Below, piece after piece: positions 11,815-24,389 of a DNA stretch of 64,000 nucleotides. The translations under genes and the position numbers were made by a program. Within the stretch, counting starts at the first letter, position 1, and the number at the start of each line of letters is the position of its first letter. The DNA is from Octopus vulgaris (Eukaryota): the NCBI GenBank assembly GCA_951406725.2, contig OX597834.1, forward strand, positions 15,252,001 to 15,316,000, in the 5' to 3' direction. Under the pieces are notes generated by a model. The model saw only the letters and a list, made by a program, of their open reading frames with translations, had not been told where the DNA came from and did not search any database.

Positions 11815-12240
11815 AACTTATAAATAAGGGCTAAAGAAAATTATTTCTATTCCAATATGCTGATAACAGACTTTTAAATCGTCAATTTCCACATATTATT
11901 TACTCGCTGCTGAAAACGAGGAAAGCCAGCCAATAGAATTTTTTTTTAATGTTCGTTATTTCTATATTGAAGCAATTTCGGAATTAATCCCATAATAGAT
12001 TTTTTTCCTCTTCAGTAGAAAATAGGAAAAGACATAAATAAGATACTTACATGCGCCCATGGAAAAAAGCCGAAGCCAAAATCATGAGTACATATAAGTA
12101 CCCCAGATTTATCTAAGGGTGTTAACGTTTCTGCTAGCTCGCCGCCATTCACGGCTTTTGATATTATCTGATTCGAAGTGTTATCATGTACATGTTTTGG
12201 TATAAAAGTTGAGCTACAGCAAACATGCTCAATAGCACAG
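11686..12240 (+). repeat. ~550-bp direct duplication, copy 1 (copy 2 at 15098-15642)
   Basis: Colinear from tgagtgtgtatgtgtgtgtccatagg to gagctacagcaaacatgctcaata.cacag. Confidence 0.9.
11959..12021 (-). ncRNA. Hammerhead ribozyme-like motif (atypical stems III/I)
   Basis: Minus: UUUCUA-CUGAAGA-GGAA..AAUC(loop)GAUU..UUCC-GAAA-uugcUUC-aaua-UAGAAA. Confidence 0.55.
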
Positions 12241-12364
12241 ATTTTCTTCTCAGTTGAGCATGTCCGTTTGTGGATGACGATATGTGCATCTCTGATGACG
12301 GCGGCGGTGGCGGTAGGGGTGGTGGTGGTGGTCAAAGAAGTAATAGAAACAATCGCAACTGCAG

Positions 12365-12735
12365 CAGGAGAACAAGAAGAAGGAAAAGAAGGAAAAGAGA
12401 AGGAAAAGCAGAAGAAGGAAAAGAAGGAAAAGCAGAAGAAGGAAAAGAATAATAAGGAAAAGAAGGAAGAGCAGAAGGAAAAGGAGAAGGAAAGGCAGAA
12501 GAAGGAAAAGCAGAAGAAGGAAAAGCGGAAGAAGGAAAAGAAGGAAAAGCAGAAGGAAAAGAAGGAGAAGAAGGAAAAGCAGAAGAAGAAGAAGGAAAAG
12601 CAGAAGGAAAAGCAGAAGGAAAAGAAGGAAAAGCAGAAGGAAAAGAAGGAAAAGCAGAAGAAGGAGGAGAAGAAGCAAAAGGAAAAGAAGGATGCAATAA
12701 GAAAATTGCAAAGACAGAAGAAAAAGAAAAGAAGC
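12365..12735 (+). repeat. Polypurine minisatellite (aaggaaaag / aaggaaaagcagaag)
   Basis: Almost exclusively A/G, 9- and 15-bp units. Confidence 0.9.
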
Positions 12736-13119
12736 CGACAAACAGAAAGTGATTGAGGAATGACAAAGAAGGAAGATTGATTGAATGAAAGAAAAAGGAT
12801 TCAAAAGAAATCGAAAGAATGAAAGAAATAAATGAAATATAAAAAAAGTGATGGCATGTCTATTGAGTAATGTATTAAAGAAGAATCCATTGATATCACT
12901 ATATTTGGTAATTAGAGAAGGGAAATCTTTGTTGAAGCCGATGCCATCGATAGATGTGGAAAGTATGTGCGGACGAGAGAGACACTGGCGGATAATGCGG
13001 CATGTCAGATGGAGGAAGAGAGATAACGAGCACCCATGTGGAAAATTCAGCCTGAGACATACATAAACGCATACGTACTTACGTGCGTACGTACATACAC
13101 ACGTATATATATTGTATAT

Positions 13120-13166
<47 letters not shown>

Positions 13167-13174
13167 AGAAAACA

Positions 13175-13271
<97 letters not shown>

Positions 13272-13305
13272 ATATATATATATATATATATATAAGAAAA
13301 CATGC

Positions 13306-13338
<33 letters not shown>

Positions 13339-13433
13339 ATATAAAAGTATGCATATATGTGTGTGAGTTTGTATACAAATGTACACATGTAGATAGATAC
13401 ATTCTACACACAGCTATATAAACATGCACATAC

Positions 13434-13477
<44 letters not shown>

Positions 13478-14079
13478 TAAATGATTGATCATATTACAAA
13501 CACTAAAGGAATATAGTGTATAATGTTTGTGAGGGAATGTCATAGCACACACAAAATGTGTGTGTATATATATATGTATATATATGTATATACACGTTTT
13601 ATGTGTGCTACGACTCTCACTCTTTCTATCTACCTCTCTCTCTCTCTCTCTCCCTCTCTCTGTCTCTCTCTCTCTCTCTCAAGCAATATACAATATATTT
13701 CTTTAGTGCTTGTAATATGATCAATCAACCGGCATTTAATTTATCAGAATCATTTAAATGACGACTTAGCACTTGACAATTTGGTTACAGTCTGCTACAT
13801 ACCTACCACCTCCTCGTTTTACATAAGTGACACCAACTCCTTTTACACTGATTGACTAACATCTCTGTTTGATCGAGTTTAAAACAGTGAATGATTGATG
13901 AATGCTATCGATAACTTGATACGAAGCGACCAACCATCGATGGCAGAGACAACAGCAGTGTTAGTAGAGGGTGACATTTAGTCAGGTCGTTTGCATGACA
14001 AATTCCAAACGAATATGTGCCCGTCATCGTATTTCTATGCTACATTTTACTATTACAAGTTACATACTTACTCTAATGT

Positions 14080-14461
14080 GGAGGCGCAATGGCCCAGTGG
14101 TTAGGGCAGCGGACTCGCGGTCGTAGGATCGCGGTTTCGATTCCGAGACCGGGCGTTGTGAGTGTTTATTGAGCGAAAACACACTAAAGCTCCACGAGGC
14201 TCCGGCAGGGATGGTGGTGATCCCTACTGTACTCTTTCACCACAACTTTCTCTCACTCTTACTTCCTGTTTCTGTTGTACCTGTATTTCAAAGGGCCGGC
14301 CTTGTCACTCTCTGTGTCACGCTGAATATCCCCGAGAACTACGTTAAGGGTACACGTGTCTGTGCAGTGCTCAGCCACTTACACGTTAATTTCACGAGCA
14401 GGCTGTTCCGTTGATCGGATCAACCGGAACCCTCGTCGTCGTAACCGACGGAGTGCTTCCC
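14080..14461 (+). mobile_element. Full-length tRNA-derived SINE with 14-bp TSD
   Basis: A-box tggcccagtgg, B-box-like ggtttcgattcc; TSD acttactctaatgt at 14066-14079 and 14462-14475. Confidence 0.92.
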
Positions 14462-14780
14462 ACTTACTCTAATGTAGCTTTAAGAGATAATATGCTGTGG
14501 TAGTTTACATTTAAATCACTAGTGTTTCCTTGGCAGTAACCGTAATGATTCTAAATTTGGCACAAGGCCAGCAGTTTTGAAGGTGAGTTAAGCCGGTTAT
14601 ATCGGCCCCAGTGTTCAATTGCCGCAAAACGATGGAATTTGAACTCAGAACGTAAAGATGGATGAAATACCGCTAAGCCCATTGTCCGGCAAGGTAACGG
14701 TTCTACAAGCTCGCTTCCTTGATGGTGGCCGAAATAATCGTTTCCACTATGGGCAAAAAATCTGAAATTTTCAGAGATAA

Positions 14781-14819
<39 letters not shown>

Positions 14820-14877
14820 TGTGTGCGTATGTGTGTTTATGTGTATATGTATGTATATATATATATGTGTGTGTAAG

Positions 14878-14909
<32 letters not shown>

Positions 14910-15097
14910 CATATATATGTATGTACGTACGTATGTTTATATGCGTGTATATATATATGTGTATGTATGTACGTACGTATGTTTATATGCGTGTATATAT
15001 ATATGTGTATGTATGTACATCTATATGTGTATATATATATATCTGTATGTATATATATGTATATACTTATGCATATATATATATGTGTGTGTGTGTA

Positions 15098-15642
15098 TGA
15101 GTGTGTATGTGTGTGTCCATAGGTTTATGTGTGTGTATTTGTATTTTTCTGTAGTTATGTATGTACATACATACATACATATATATATATATGTATGTAT
15201 GTATGTATGTATAAATAAGGCCTAAAGAAAATTATTTCAACGCCAATATGCTGATAACAGACTTTTAAATCGTCAATTTCCACATATTATTTACTCGTTA
15301 CAAAAAACACGTAGAGCTGAAAACGAGGAAAGCCAATAGAATTTTTTTTTTAAGTTCGTTATTTCTATATTGAATCAACTCCGGAAGTAATCTCATAATA
15401 GATTTTTTCCTCTTCAGTAGAAAATACGAAAATACATAAATAAGATACTTACATGCGTCCATGGAAAAAATCCGAAGCAAAAATCATGAGTGCATATAAG
15501 TACCCCAGATATATCTAAGGGTGCTAACGTTTCTGCTAGCTCGCCACCATTCACGGCTTCTGATATTATCTGATTCGAAGTGTTATCATGTACATGTTCT
15601 TGAATAAAAGTTGAGCTACAGCAAACATGCTCAATACCACAG
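15098..15642 (+). repeat. ~550-bp direct duplication, copy 2; hammerhead-like motif (15362-15423, minus) has GAAA changed to GGAG
   Basis: Colinear with 11686-12240. Confidence 0.9.
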
Positions 15643-15777
15643 TGTGTGTGTATTTATCCAGATGAAAAATTTACTTCGTTAAGGGAATCCTTCCCTAGAT
15701 TTCCAGTATCTTTTCTTTCCGAATTCCTTATGTCAGTAGGAATATATGTAAGCAAATGACCTTTGGAGTTTAACGCC

Positions 15778-16170
15778 ATCAAATAAAATGAACTGAAGCG
15801 GATTTTGTTGTTAATGATGGATTTTTCAGTTATTCAATCCCAGACAACTGTTCCTGTCAAAGAACCATGATATAATTTTTTTTTAAATAATGCATACTAT
15901 TATGATATAATGTCTTATTTGTACCCACCAGCAGGTTATAATTAAAAATTAAAATAAGAAGAAGTTTAGAACTTATTACCTAGATTAATTGCTTTAATTT
16001 TTAATTATAACCCACCGGTGACTACGAGAAAACATTATATAATAATAATATACATTATTGTTTTTATTATATCATGGTTTTTTTTTTACAGAAACAGCTG
16101 TCTGGGATAATTGAACAAATGAAAACTGCATCATCAATATCAAAACCTGTTTCATTTAATTTTATTTGAC
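15778..16170. mobile_element. Degenerate long inverted repeat (foldback/MITE-like)
   Basis: atcccagacaactgttcctgt..aaccatgatataat..ggttataattaaaaattaaa mirrored by tttaatttttaattataacc..attatatcatggtt..acagaaacagctgtctgggat; ~175-bp arms, ~40-bp spacer. Confidence 0.75.
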
Positions 16171-16220
16171 GACATTTATTGTATTCCGTTTAATGAATTA
16201 ATTCTTATAAGGATAATTCA

Positions 16221-16264
<44 letters not shown>

Positions 16265-16267
<3 letters not shown>

Positions 16268-16422
16268 GGAAAGTTTTTCAAAAATTAACAAAAGACGAAG
16301 GCAGGTGGTGTACAAACAAACAGATGTATTAGTATAACGCTCAGGAATAGAAAAAGTCTTTTAGGTTTCGAACCTACGCTCTTCTACAGAAAGGTACACA
16401 GAAAAAACAACGAGAGAAAAAA
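16265..16422 (-). mobile_element. TA-embedded short element with hammerhead-like motif at 16358-16393
   Basis: Minus: CUUU-CUGUAGA-A-GAGC-guag-GUUC-GAAAC-CUA-AAAG; shares gtatta...acgctcaggaa with the 35837 element. Confidence 0.6.
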
Positions 16423-17218
16423 TATATATATATATTAGCTGAAGCAAATTATGAATTTGTTGGAGCGCTGTTCTACGTCGATTTGATATAAGAAGAAGAA
16501 AAAGATAAATCTCATATAATCACACAGAAAAACAAACAATTATTTAACACTTACGTAAGAGAAACAGACAGATCGATAGATAGAGATGCATGTAAGCAGA
16601 CTGGGAAATAGGCAGCTTGGAATACCTCAATACAGCTTTGTATTCGTCAAGGCTCTTTATATATGCAAACGTCTTTCTTTCACTACAAACACACATAGAC
16701 CTTTAATATACATACATATATAAATACACATATACATAAATACATACATATACATAAATAGATAGATATATGTGTATGTATGTAGGTAGGTAGGTATAAG
16801 GAAGGAGAAACCAGACATGCAAACATCAAGCAATCGCGCAAAGGCAGACACACACAGAGAAATTTAAAGAAATACCTAAATAACAATTTATCGCCGCTCT
16901 GCTTATTTCTCTCTTTAATTTAAATGCTTTCAGTTTTTTCTTAAAAAACAATTATTTTCCTAAATCTTTGGCCATATACAACGACATCTGTGTTTCTTTC
17001 ACATTTTCCCTTCCTTTTTATATCTTCCTTCTCTCTTTCCTCTTTTCCTTTCTAACTCTTCTGGGTTTATTTTTCTTTAACTAATTTCCACTTTTAAAAT
17101 ACATTTAACTCTAAACAAAACCAGATGCAAAACAAATTACTCTCATTATTAAATTGTTTATTGTTCACTCAACTTCGTTATTTATCATATCGTTTTTTTT
17201 TTATAATTTATTTTCATC

Positions 17219-17260
<42 letters not shown>

Positions 17261-18013
17261 ACGTGTATCCATTTTGTTTTTCATTATATGGAAAATCCAC
17301 ACACTTTGTGTCTGTCTTTGTATTTCTCGCCCCTCGTCCTTCACCTTGGTAGCAAATAAGAGGAATCATCATTATCATCATCATCATCATTATTCCAAAC
17401 AGCATAAATAATTAAGCAGTAATAAATGCGGTTCCAGTCTTTGAGAGGCAGCGTAAAATTAAATAATGTCGATGTTGTAGAATAATAATAATAATAATAA
17501 TGATGATAATAGTAATAATAATAATAATGATGATGATAATAGTAATAATAATAATAATAATAATAATATAGTATAGAAAAAATATTTATAAATTTATACA
17601 AAACGTAAACAAATGAAAATTATTATGCTGATTCGATTTCTATCTTTTGTTGTGGATTCACAAAAAAATATTATCGTGTTTATTTATTTACGTTATCCAA
17701 TTTTTCTTTTTGTTTTGCGTTTTTTTTTTTTTTGTGTGTTCATAATTAAGCAGGACAAGGTTGGAAGAGAGACAGGCGTAGTTTGTCTCATAACACATGC
17801 AGTGTGACAATAAATCCACGCAAGAATAAAAAAAATAGCAAAATATTAAATTCAAATTTTGGCATAAGGCCAGCAATTCATATCGACCGACCCCAGTATT
17901 CCAATAGTACTTACTTTATCGATCTCAAAGAGAAGAAAGATAAAATTAGCCGCGCCGAAATTTAAGCTTACCCCCTCATTTAAAATTGTGAACCTCCTAC
18001 CAGAACTGAAAAC

Positions 18014-18076
<63 letters not shown>

Positions 18077-18869
18077 ATCAGCGAGCAAGGCATACCGAAT
18101 AAATTTGCGTAGCTAAATTTCGTCCGTCTTTACGTTCTGAGTTAAAATTCCTCGCTTGACTTTGCCTTTCATACTTTCAGGGTCAATGAAATAAATACCA
18201 GTCGAGTACTGGAGTCGATGTAAATATTGTTGTTGCTGGCCTTGTGCCAAAGTTTGAAACCATTATTCCTATTAATGTTGTTATTGCTGTTGCTATTGCA
18301 TTTAAGTAAATGCGCCACAAACCGGAAGCTGATTTTAAACTATTAATGATGTCAAAGAAAAATAAGAAAGCCTTATCTTCCATTGTTGCGTGTCAACTTT
18401 CAGATTCCTTCTTGCCATTTCCTTTTTATTCTATTTTCTAATGAATTTCAGAAACTGCTCATTGTTTCTCTGCTTTGTATTTCCAGAAACTTTGTGTTTT
18501 TTTATTATTTATTTGTAATCTAGCATGTTGTTGAATCTATTATTTCTCCTACGTGTATCTAATATGTCTCTTTTACAATTCAAAGCAAAAACAAAAAACA
18601 AAAACTGTTGAATTGAATTTCAAATAAAAATTGTAGGCTGACGAAACAATTGACAATTTAACGGCGGTCAGCTGTACATGACATATTCACAGCTAGATAA
18701 ACAGATTTAATGGATTTTCTTGTTATTGTTGTCAGCCCTGATCGATCAAAACCTATTGTCAAAGGTGTTCCGTTTACGACCACTCTATCTTATTTTGAAC
18801 TGTACTTTATCTGGGGACATACTACCAAATATACTGCTTATATTTTAAAGATAGTAGTGTATGAAGATT

Positions 18870-19140
18870 TCTCAATTACTGGACACGTTCCGTCGCCAGT
18901 GCGCATGTTCAATCCTGAGCATCTGTTACCGGGACAGCGAGACAAAACAAAGAGGCGAGGATGAAAAGATATGGAGAGGACGACGGAAGGACGAACAAGA
19001 TCAAAAGGACACCGATAAAGACATGACGCAGTACGTTCTCCGGGCCGACATGTTAACGATGACACTTGGCCCAAGCTGAACCAGGAGGATGACTAACAAT
19101 CGGTATGTTTGGAGACGGCTCGTTGTTCGTTGTGATGACA
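18870..19140 (+). pseudogene. Decayed RTE-like LINE ORF2 C-terminal fragment
   Basis: LLDTFRRQCACSILSICYRD ... GRRK ... NRYVWRRLVVRC resembles the RTE C-terminus (LD.F.R.C.R.IL.I / DR..WR.LV). Confidence 0.45.
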
Positions 19141-20346
19141 GCACTGGGTTATCTAAGAGCTAAGAGCAAAGGGAGAATCTGATTTGCATAGTTAGTTGTT
19201 AATGGCTTCAGACACTATTTTAGGGCTTGATGACCTTATGTGACACAAGTCGTTGGCACTGCTTGCTCCTCCAGTCTATAGATCCTGATTCGGTGCTCTT
19301 GTCCATTGCTACGGTTCACCACCTACGTTTGTATATTTTAGAAACATTATGCGAAAATGGCTAGAGTAAACCATATGACAGAAGTAAAAACGTTATGTAA
19401 AATTCAGAATGCAGCCCATAAGGCCGGCGGTCTAGTGTTCGATTCCAGCAAACACTGCAATCAGATTTCCCTCAAACACACAGTTAATTCTGCATTCGTG
19501 TGACCCACATCAACAAAACAGGTAGGAGAGTCTGGCGTCTGCACAATCTAGGATTTCCTTACATCCAGCTTAAACTTGAAAATTTGGAAGGTCATTTCAC
19601 TCTCCGACCCGTGATACAATTTCTAGTGCCTCTCGAGATAGACGGGTGCCAAAAAAAAAAAAGAAAGACACAAAGAAGTGCAATTTGGGGGCGATTTATC
19701 TGCTATTTGCTGTACGTCAAATAGACCTCAAACAAACATACAGCTAGTCTACGATAAAACGTGGCAACAAGGCTGAAGGAAGATTCTGGCGCCGGCGCGT
19801 GATAGAATCTCATTCCGGCATCTCAGGCTTGCATCCTAGAAAGGTCGCTTCGTCTCAAATCTACGGTATAGCCCTCATTGATCTTGACTGCAAGAGAGGT
19901 AGAGTGTAATTTGAGGGCAATATGACTGCTACTTCCAGCAGATCACGAGACCACGTACAGGCCTCTCATTTGCTTGACTTAATGAGAGAGAAGATTTATT
20001 GCAGTAGTCTTAGAACAGTGACGCTCACAAGACATAACCTGTTTACGCCTCAGTAAATAGTGCAGCCTCTTCAAAGCAGACTTAAAGTTTTGAAGATGTA
20101 TGCCTCATGATTTACAGAACATTCTTAGGTTATCAGTAGAGAGTCGTTGCAAAGTAATTAATCCATTTTCATAAGGTTATGTAATGACTGAAAATATCTC
20201 TTTGTGATAAATAGAATAATTCATTGTTCTGTGTGTAGTAATTCCTTTGATAAGAGTGACAGGTATTGAATATAGAGAAGAGCGACAGACGGGGGAGATA
20301 ACTGAGTCCAAGTACAATCGACTTGTGTGGTATAATGAGAAAATAC

Positions 20347-20792
20347 CGGCGAGCTGGCAGAAACGTTAGCACGCCGGGCGAAATGAATAGCCGTGTTTCG
20401 TCTGCCGTTAGGTTCTGAGTTCAAATTCCGCCGAGGTCGACTTTGCCTTTCATCCTTTCGGGGTCGATAAATTTAGTACCAGTTATGCACAGGGGTCGAT
20501 ATAATCGACTTAATCCGTCTGTCTGTCCTTGTCTGTCCTCTCTGTGTTTAGCCCCTTGTGGGTAGTAAATAAATAAGAAACGTTAGCACGCCGGGCGAAA
20601 TGCATAGCTGTATTTCGTCTGCTGTTAAGTTCTGAGTTCAAATTCCGCCAAGGTCGACTTTGCCTTTCATCCTTTCGGGGTCGATAAATTTAGTACCAGT
20701 TATGCACAGGGGTCGATATAATCGACTTAATCCGTCTGTCTGTCCTTGTTTGTCTCCTCTGTATTTAGCCCCTTGTGGGTAGTAAAGAAATA
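20347..20792 (+). mobile_element. Tandem-dimer Meta-domain-like SINE with 18-bp TSD
   Basis: Two units; TSD ggtataatgagaaaatac at 20329-20346 and 20793-20810. Confidence 0.92.
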
Positions 20793-20864
20793 GGTATAAT
20801 GAGAAAATACGCGTGTTGTAGTTGCAGGCTTAACTGAGCCTGTTGAATGAGTAACTACAGTTGT

Positions 20865-21220
20865 TAGAGAACAGTCTTAGTTGAGCATGTCTAACGAATA
20901 AAGACTTGTCTTAGAGCGCAGGCTTTGCCGAGGTTTTTAATGAGTAAACACTCGTATTAGTGTATAGATTTAGCTGACTGAGTTTAGTGAGTGAACACGA
21001 GTTTGGGAGTAAATGCTTAGTTGATGCATATTTTAATGCATTTTTAAGTTGAGTTTCAAATGCGGGAGTCAGATGTTCATGGGGAATCGAAAATGCAAAC
21101 ATTCCAAAGCTATGACATTTTGAGAAAGAACACTTGTATGTTCTTATATTAGGTTACAACGGCATATTTTACTTTAATAACTAGCTTAATTAGTTGAACT
21201 ATGTCGTCATATTGGTGTTT
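20865..21220 (-). pseudogene. Possible decayed Penelope-like element C-terminus (GIY-YIG region)
   Basis: LKNALKYASTKHLLPNSCS...KPAL*..FVRHAQL resembles PLE ends (S.I..HL...P.LC.QK.FV..L.L); recognised from memory only. Confidence 0.35.
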
Positions 21221-21485
21221 CTGGTTAGTGATTTGTCTTCGATTTTTGTCTCTCCCAACCAGCTTTGTGCCTTTGCGTGTGTGTATGTATATGTTTGTAT
21301 ATAGATAGATAGGTAGGTAGGTAGGTAGGTATATAGGTAGAAAGAAAGAGACATATACATAGACAGAGAGATAGACAGACATACAGACAGATAGATAGAT
21401 AGATAGATAGACAGATAGATAGATAGATTAGTAGGTAGGTAGATAGATAGTTAAATTGATAGGTAGGTAGGTAGGTGGGTAGGTA

Positions 21486-21659
21486 GTATTTCGGCTGCCG
21501 TCACGTTGTGAGTTCAAATTCGACTTTGCCTTTCATCCATTCGGGGTTGATAAATTAAGTACCAGTTACGCACTGGGGTTGATATAATCGACTTAATACC
21601 TATGTCTGTCCATGTTTGTCCCTTCTATGTTTAGCCCCATGTGGGTAATAAAGAAATAG
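21486..21659 (+). mobile_element. 5'-truncated Meta-domain-like SINE within TAGG/GATA array
   Basis: gtatttcggctgccg...taataaagaaatagg. Confidence 0.85.
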
Positions 21660-21749
21660 GTAGGGAGGTAGGCAGAAAAATACAGATACATAGACAGAGA
21701 TAGATAGTTAAATTGATAGGTAGGTAGGTAGGTAGGTAGGTAGATACAT

Positions 21750-21791
<42 letters not shown>

Positions 21792-21859
21792 TTAAATTGG
21801 TTGGTAGGTAGGAAGAGAGAAAGAGACAGAGAAATAGACAGATAGATAGATAGATAGAT

Positions 21860-22240
21860 GTTGAACAATGAGAAAAAATGAAGGCAACGTAAGAAGCACA
21901 ACTTATGAAGGTTGTCTTAGTTTAACACTTGAAATGCAAGGGTTATAACATTTCGGAACCTTGTCCTTTACCAGAAGTAAAGAAAGGGACGAAAAACGGG
22001 AGAGAACAGAGAAGGAGGAAGATGCAAAGGGGAGAAAAAAGATGGCAGAAAAACAAAGTGAGATGTCAGTGGAGATTACGTGAAGTGGATGGATCAGTGA
22101 AAGAATAGCGAACAGGCCCTCGTTCTTTGAGAGCACACGGCCGAAACTCGAGTTAGTAAAAGACTAACTCGCCAGAATAAAAATATTAGTCTCTACTATG
22201 TAATTGAGGACTCTGCCGCACGATAGTCAACATGTAACGT
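21860..22240. mobile_element. Element related to those at 29575 and 35837, with two hammerhead-like remnants (21946-21974 minus; 22108-22154 plus)
   Basis: Shared aacgt.ag.a...gt.ttagttt.ac.cttg block; CUGGUAA-A-GGA..UCC-GAAAUGUU and GCGAACA-GGCC..GGCC-GAAACUCGAGUU. Confidence 0.45.
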
Positions 22241-22279
22241 TTATATATGCATATATATATATATATATATATATATAGA

Positions 22280-22608
22280 TATGGCCTGGCTCTCCGACAG
22301 TTATGATGATGTGGGTTTTAGTTGATTCGATCAACGGCACAACCGGCCCGTGAAATTAAAGTGGAAGTGACTGAGTACTCCATAAAATCACGTGTATTTT
22401 TAACTTAGTACTCAGGGAGATTCGGCGTGCCACGGAATGCACCAAGGCTGGCCCTTTGCCATACGGGTACTACACCATTTTGCCAGAAGATTGAAGCTGG
22501 AGCTGCGAGAAATAAAGTGTATTCCTGAAGGACACAACGCTGCACCTGGAATTGAACTCACGACCTTGCAATCGAGAGTCGAATAGCCTAGTCATTAAAC
22601 AACACACC

Positions 22609-22610
<2 letters not shown>
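22280..22610 (-). mobile_element. Degenerate tRNA/CORE SINE
   Basis: aaggacacaacgc...ggaattgaactcacgacctt; tail related to the 14080 SINE. Confidence 0.75.
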
Positions 22611-22672
<62 letters not shown>

Positions 22673-22675
22673 CTT

Positions 22676-22733
<58 letters not shown>

Positions 22734-22744
22734 ACATATATATC

Positions 22745-23530
22745 CTTTTCGACTCTAGGCACAAGGCCCAAAATTTTTTAGAGAGGGGTCAGTTGATTAG
22801 ATCGATCCCAGTACGTAATTGATCCCAAAAGGATGAAAGGCAAAGTCGACATCGGAGGAATTTGAACTCAGAACATAAAGACAGACGAAATACCGCTAGA
22901 CATTTCGCCCGGCGTGCTAACGATTCTGCCAGCTCGCCGCCCTAAAAATAATTCTTTCTACTATAGGCACAAGGCCTGGAATTTGAGGGAAGGGGGATAG
23001 TCGATTAGATCTGCCTCAGTACTTGATTGATACTCAATTTATCAACCCTCAAAGGATGAAAGGCAAATTCGACGTCTGCGGAATTTGAACTCAAAACGTT
23101 AAGACAGACGAAATACCTATTAGTTTACTACCCACAACGGGCTAAACACAGAGAGGACAAACAAGGATAGACAAACGGATTAAGTCGATTATATCGACCC
23201 CCAGTGCGTAAATAGTACTTATTTAATCGACCCCGAAAGGATGAAAGGCAAAGTCGACCTCGACGGAATTTGAACTCAGAACGTAGCGGCAGACGAAATA
23301 CCTATTTCTTTACTACCCACAAGGGCCTAAGCACAGAGAGGACAAACAAGGACGGACAAACGGTTTAAGTCGATTATATCGACCCCAGTCTGTAACTGGT
23401 ACTTAATTTATCGACCCCGAAAGGATGAAAGGCAAAGTTGACATCGGCGGAATTTGAACTCAGAACGTAACGGCAGACGAAATACCGCCAAGCACTTCAC
23501 CCGGCGCGCTAGCGTTTCTGCCAGATCGCC
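22745..23530 (-). mobile_element. Cluster of Meta-domain-like SINE units including head-to-tail multimer
   Basis: Four units containing aaggatgaaaggcaaa.t.gac...gaatttgaactca. Confidence 0.9.
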
Positions 23531-24051
23531 TCATACACACACATACATATATATATATGTGTGTGTGTGTGCGTGTGTGTGTGTGTGTTGATATTGATAT
23601 TACCATGACAGCGTTTTGTTTTATTATTATTATGAAGCACTATACTGTAGATCATATAAAATTTTAGTCAACAGACTATGTTATTGTGAATGTAAACTTT
23701 ACTTCGATAAATATTTGTTTCCAGATAGGAAGATATTGAACAGCTGTGTATACCCCAGCAGCTGTGCCGCTTCTTTTTTCGTTATACACGAACGCTCTGC
23801 TTACAAACCTAATGGTATGCGTGGCTAAAGCAAACTGGACAGTCTAATTTGCATATTTGATACTTTTTGGCAACTATTTCGAATATTAAATTACTGATGT
23901 GTTAATATTGTTTCGTTTCGTTGCTGCAATGTTGATATAGAACATATCTGTGATCGTTTTTTTTTATAGTAACATATACCGTTTGCTTAACAGTGTTGGT
24001 TATGTTGGGTAAAACAATATATATATTTATATGTATGTATTTATGTAAGTG

Positions 24052-24106
<55 letters not shown>

Positions 24107-24292
24107 CATAGGATTTTTCCGATGGCCGTATAACTGAAGAGATGGCGACGTGGATTTCCACCTCGGAATCCAAAACTCGGAGTTTTATCATGGCGCCCCG
24201 AATAATTATCACATATTACATTTACAGATAAATTCCTCTATTTACATAATATCGAGGTCTCTTTCTTTCTTTTGTTGTCTTACCGTTTTTAT

Positions 24293-24389
<97 letters not shown>

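Noticed and set aside
12178-12756. 192-aa Lys/Glu-rich ORF
   Set aside because: Polypurine repeat; begins inside a duplicated repeat-derived segment; no splice or domain support
14080-14155. tRNA gene
   Set aside because: A/B boxes present but it continues into a SINE body with TSD; same for 351 and 56241
24150-24175. Hammerhead at CUGAAGA..CCACCUC-GGAA (~24137-24170)
   Set aside because: GAAA mutated and stems I/III not evident; at best a decayed remnant
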